DNA of 40,418 nt from contig JAJFVM010000240.1 in the NCBI GenBank assembly GCA_021371805.1, positions 1 through 40,418 of the forward strand, read 5' to 3'. The translations under genes were made by a program, and so were the position numbers. Positions 39,864 through 40,418 of this stretch are shown here, one piece after another; positions within the stretch are counted from its first letter, which is position 1, and the number at the start of each line of letters is the position of its first letter. The DNA is from a bacterium. GTDB lineage: Bacteria; Actinomycetota; Humimicrobiia; Humimicrobiales; Humimicrobiaceae. The notes below the pieces were generated by a model. It did no database searches and was not told where the DNA came from. It saw only the letters and a program-made list of their open reading frames with translations.

Positions 39864-40418
39864 TCAAATAGAAGTAGAGTCAATGTATCTGGATAATTCT
39901 TCCTTGTTACGACACTTGTCATAAGCTGATTCCCTTGTAATTTTACCTTGCTTATATAATCTGGCAAGAGATATATCCATCATAATCATGCCTTCTTTTC
40001 CACCTGACTGCATCGCAGAATAAATCTGATGAACTTTCATTTCCCCTATCATATTTTTTATAGCCGAATTTACAAACATAAGTTCACATGCGGCAACTCT
40101 TCCGTCATTTTTCGAATTTGTAATCAGTTGTTGTACCAGCACAGCTTTCAGTGTTCCTGCAAGCTGCATTCTTATTTGCGGCTGCCTGTATGCTGGGAAA
40201 ATATCTATTATCCTGTCTATGGTCTGAGCAGCATCCTGGGTGTGCAAAGTTGAAAATACAAGATGTCCGGTCTCGGCAGCAGTCAAAGTACCTGAAATTG
40301 TTTCAAGATCTCTCATTTCTCCAACCATTATTACATCAGGGTCTTCTCTTAAAGCATGTTTTAATGCACTTTCAAAGGATTTCGTGTCAAATTCAAGCTC
40401 CCTCTGGCTTACAATGCT
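39864..40418 (-). CDS. pilT: type IV pilus retraction ATPase PilT family, C-terminal part (gene runs off the right edge)
   Basis: The track ORF begins at an internal Met. The frame stays open to 40418 (SIVSQRELEFDTKSFESALKHALREDPDVIMVGEMRDLETI...TGHLVFSTLHT), covering Walker B, the Asp box and the His box of PilT/PilU ATPases. Confidence 0.9.
   Translation of the reverse strand, partial: SIVSQRELEFDTKSFESALKHALREDPDVIMVGEMRDLETISGTLTAAETGHLVFSTLHTQDAAQTIDRIIDIFPAYRQPQIRMQLAGTLKAVLVQQLITNSKNDGRVAACELMFVNSAIKNMIGEMKVHQIYSAMQSGGKEGMIMMDISLARLYKQGKITRESAYDKCRNKEELSRYIDSTSI

Overview
AT-rich bacterial chromosomal segment. Hand counts of 100-nt samples give about 21-45% G+C depending on the gene. 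Every feature I can support lies on the minus strand: 43 intact or window-truncated CDS, one interrupted regulator gene and one tRNA. There is no convincing plus-strand gene. Content is almost entirely core housekeeping, in tightly packed and often overlapping operons. Reading right to left: pilT (partial), a GspG-like type IV pilin, prepilin peptidase, aroC-aroK-aroB-aroQ, Xaa-Pro peptidase, efp, nusB, an orphan URO-D-family protein, an L,D-transpeptidase, tlyA-nadK-recN-pyrG, a DUF1461-like membrane protein, M20 peptidase, NUDIX, xerD, M50 protease, trpS, scpA-scpB-rluB, tyrA-aroA, cmk-plsC, ispH, DUF512-der-gpsA, tRNA-Pro(GGG), a phosphohexomutase, FHA protein, MerR-like regulator, D,D-carboxypeptidase, DUF3048 lipoprotein, hpt, DUF151 nuclease, a second MerR-like gene broken by one in-frame TAA, a small PD-(D/E)XK-like protein, and the start of cysE (missing from the ORF track). 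I see no CRISPR array, transposase, phage module or recognisable defence system, and no clear novel multi-gene system. The most unusual item is a GC-rich, strongly self-complementary element of about 174 nt, directly downstream of tRNA-Pro, that ends in an exact 19-nt copy of the tRNA 3' end. Lesser items are the nonsense-interrupted MerR gene with a perfect 10-bp inverted repeat upstream, a Cys4 motif in TrpRS, an atypical pilin leader junction, and actinobacterial-type gene order in a very AT-rich genome.
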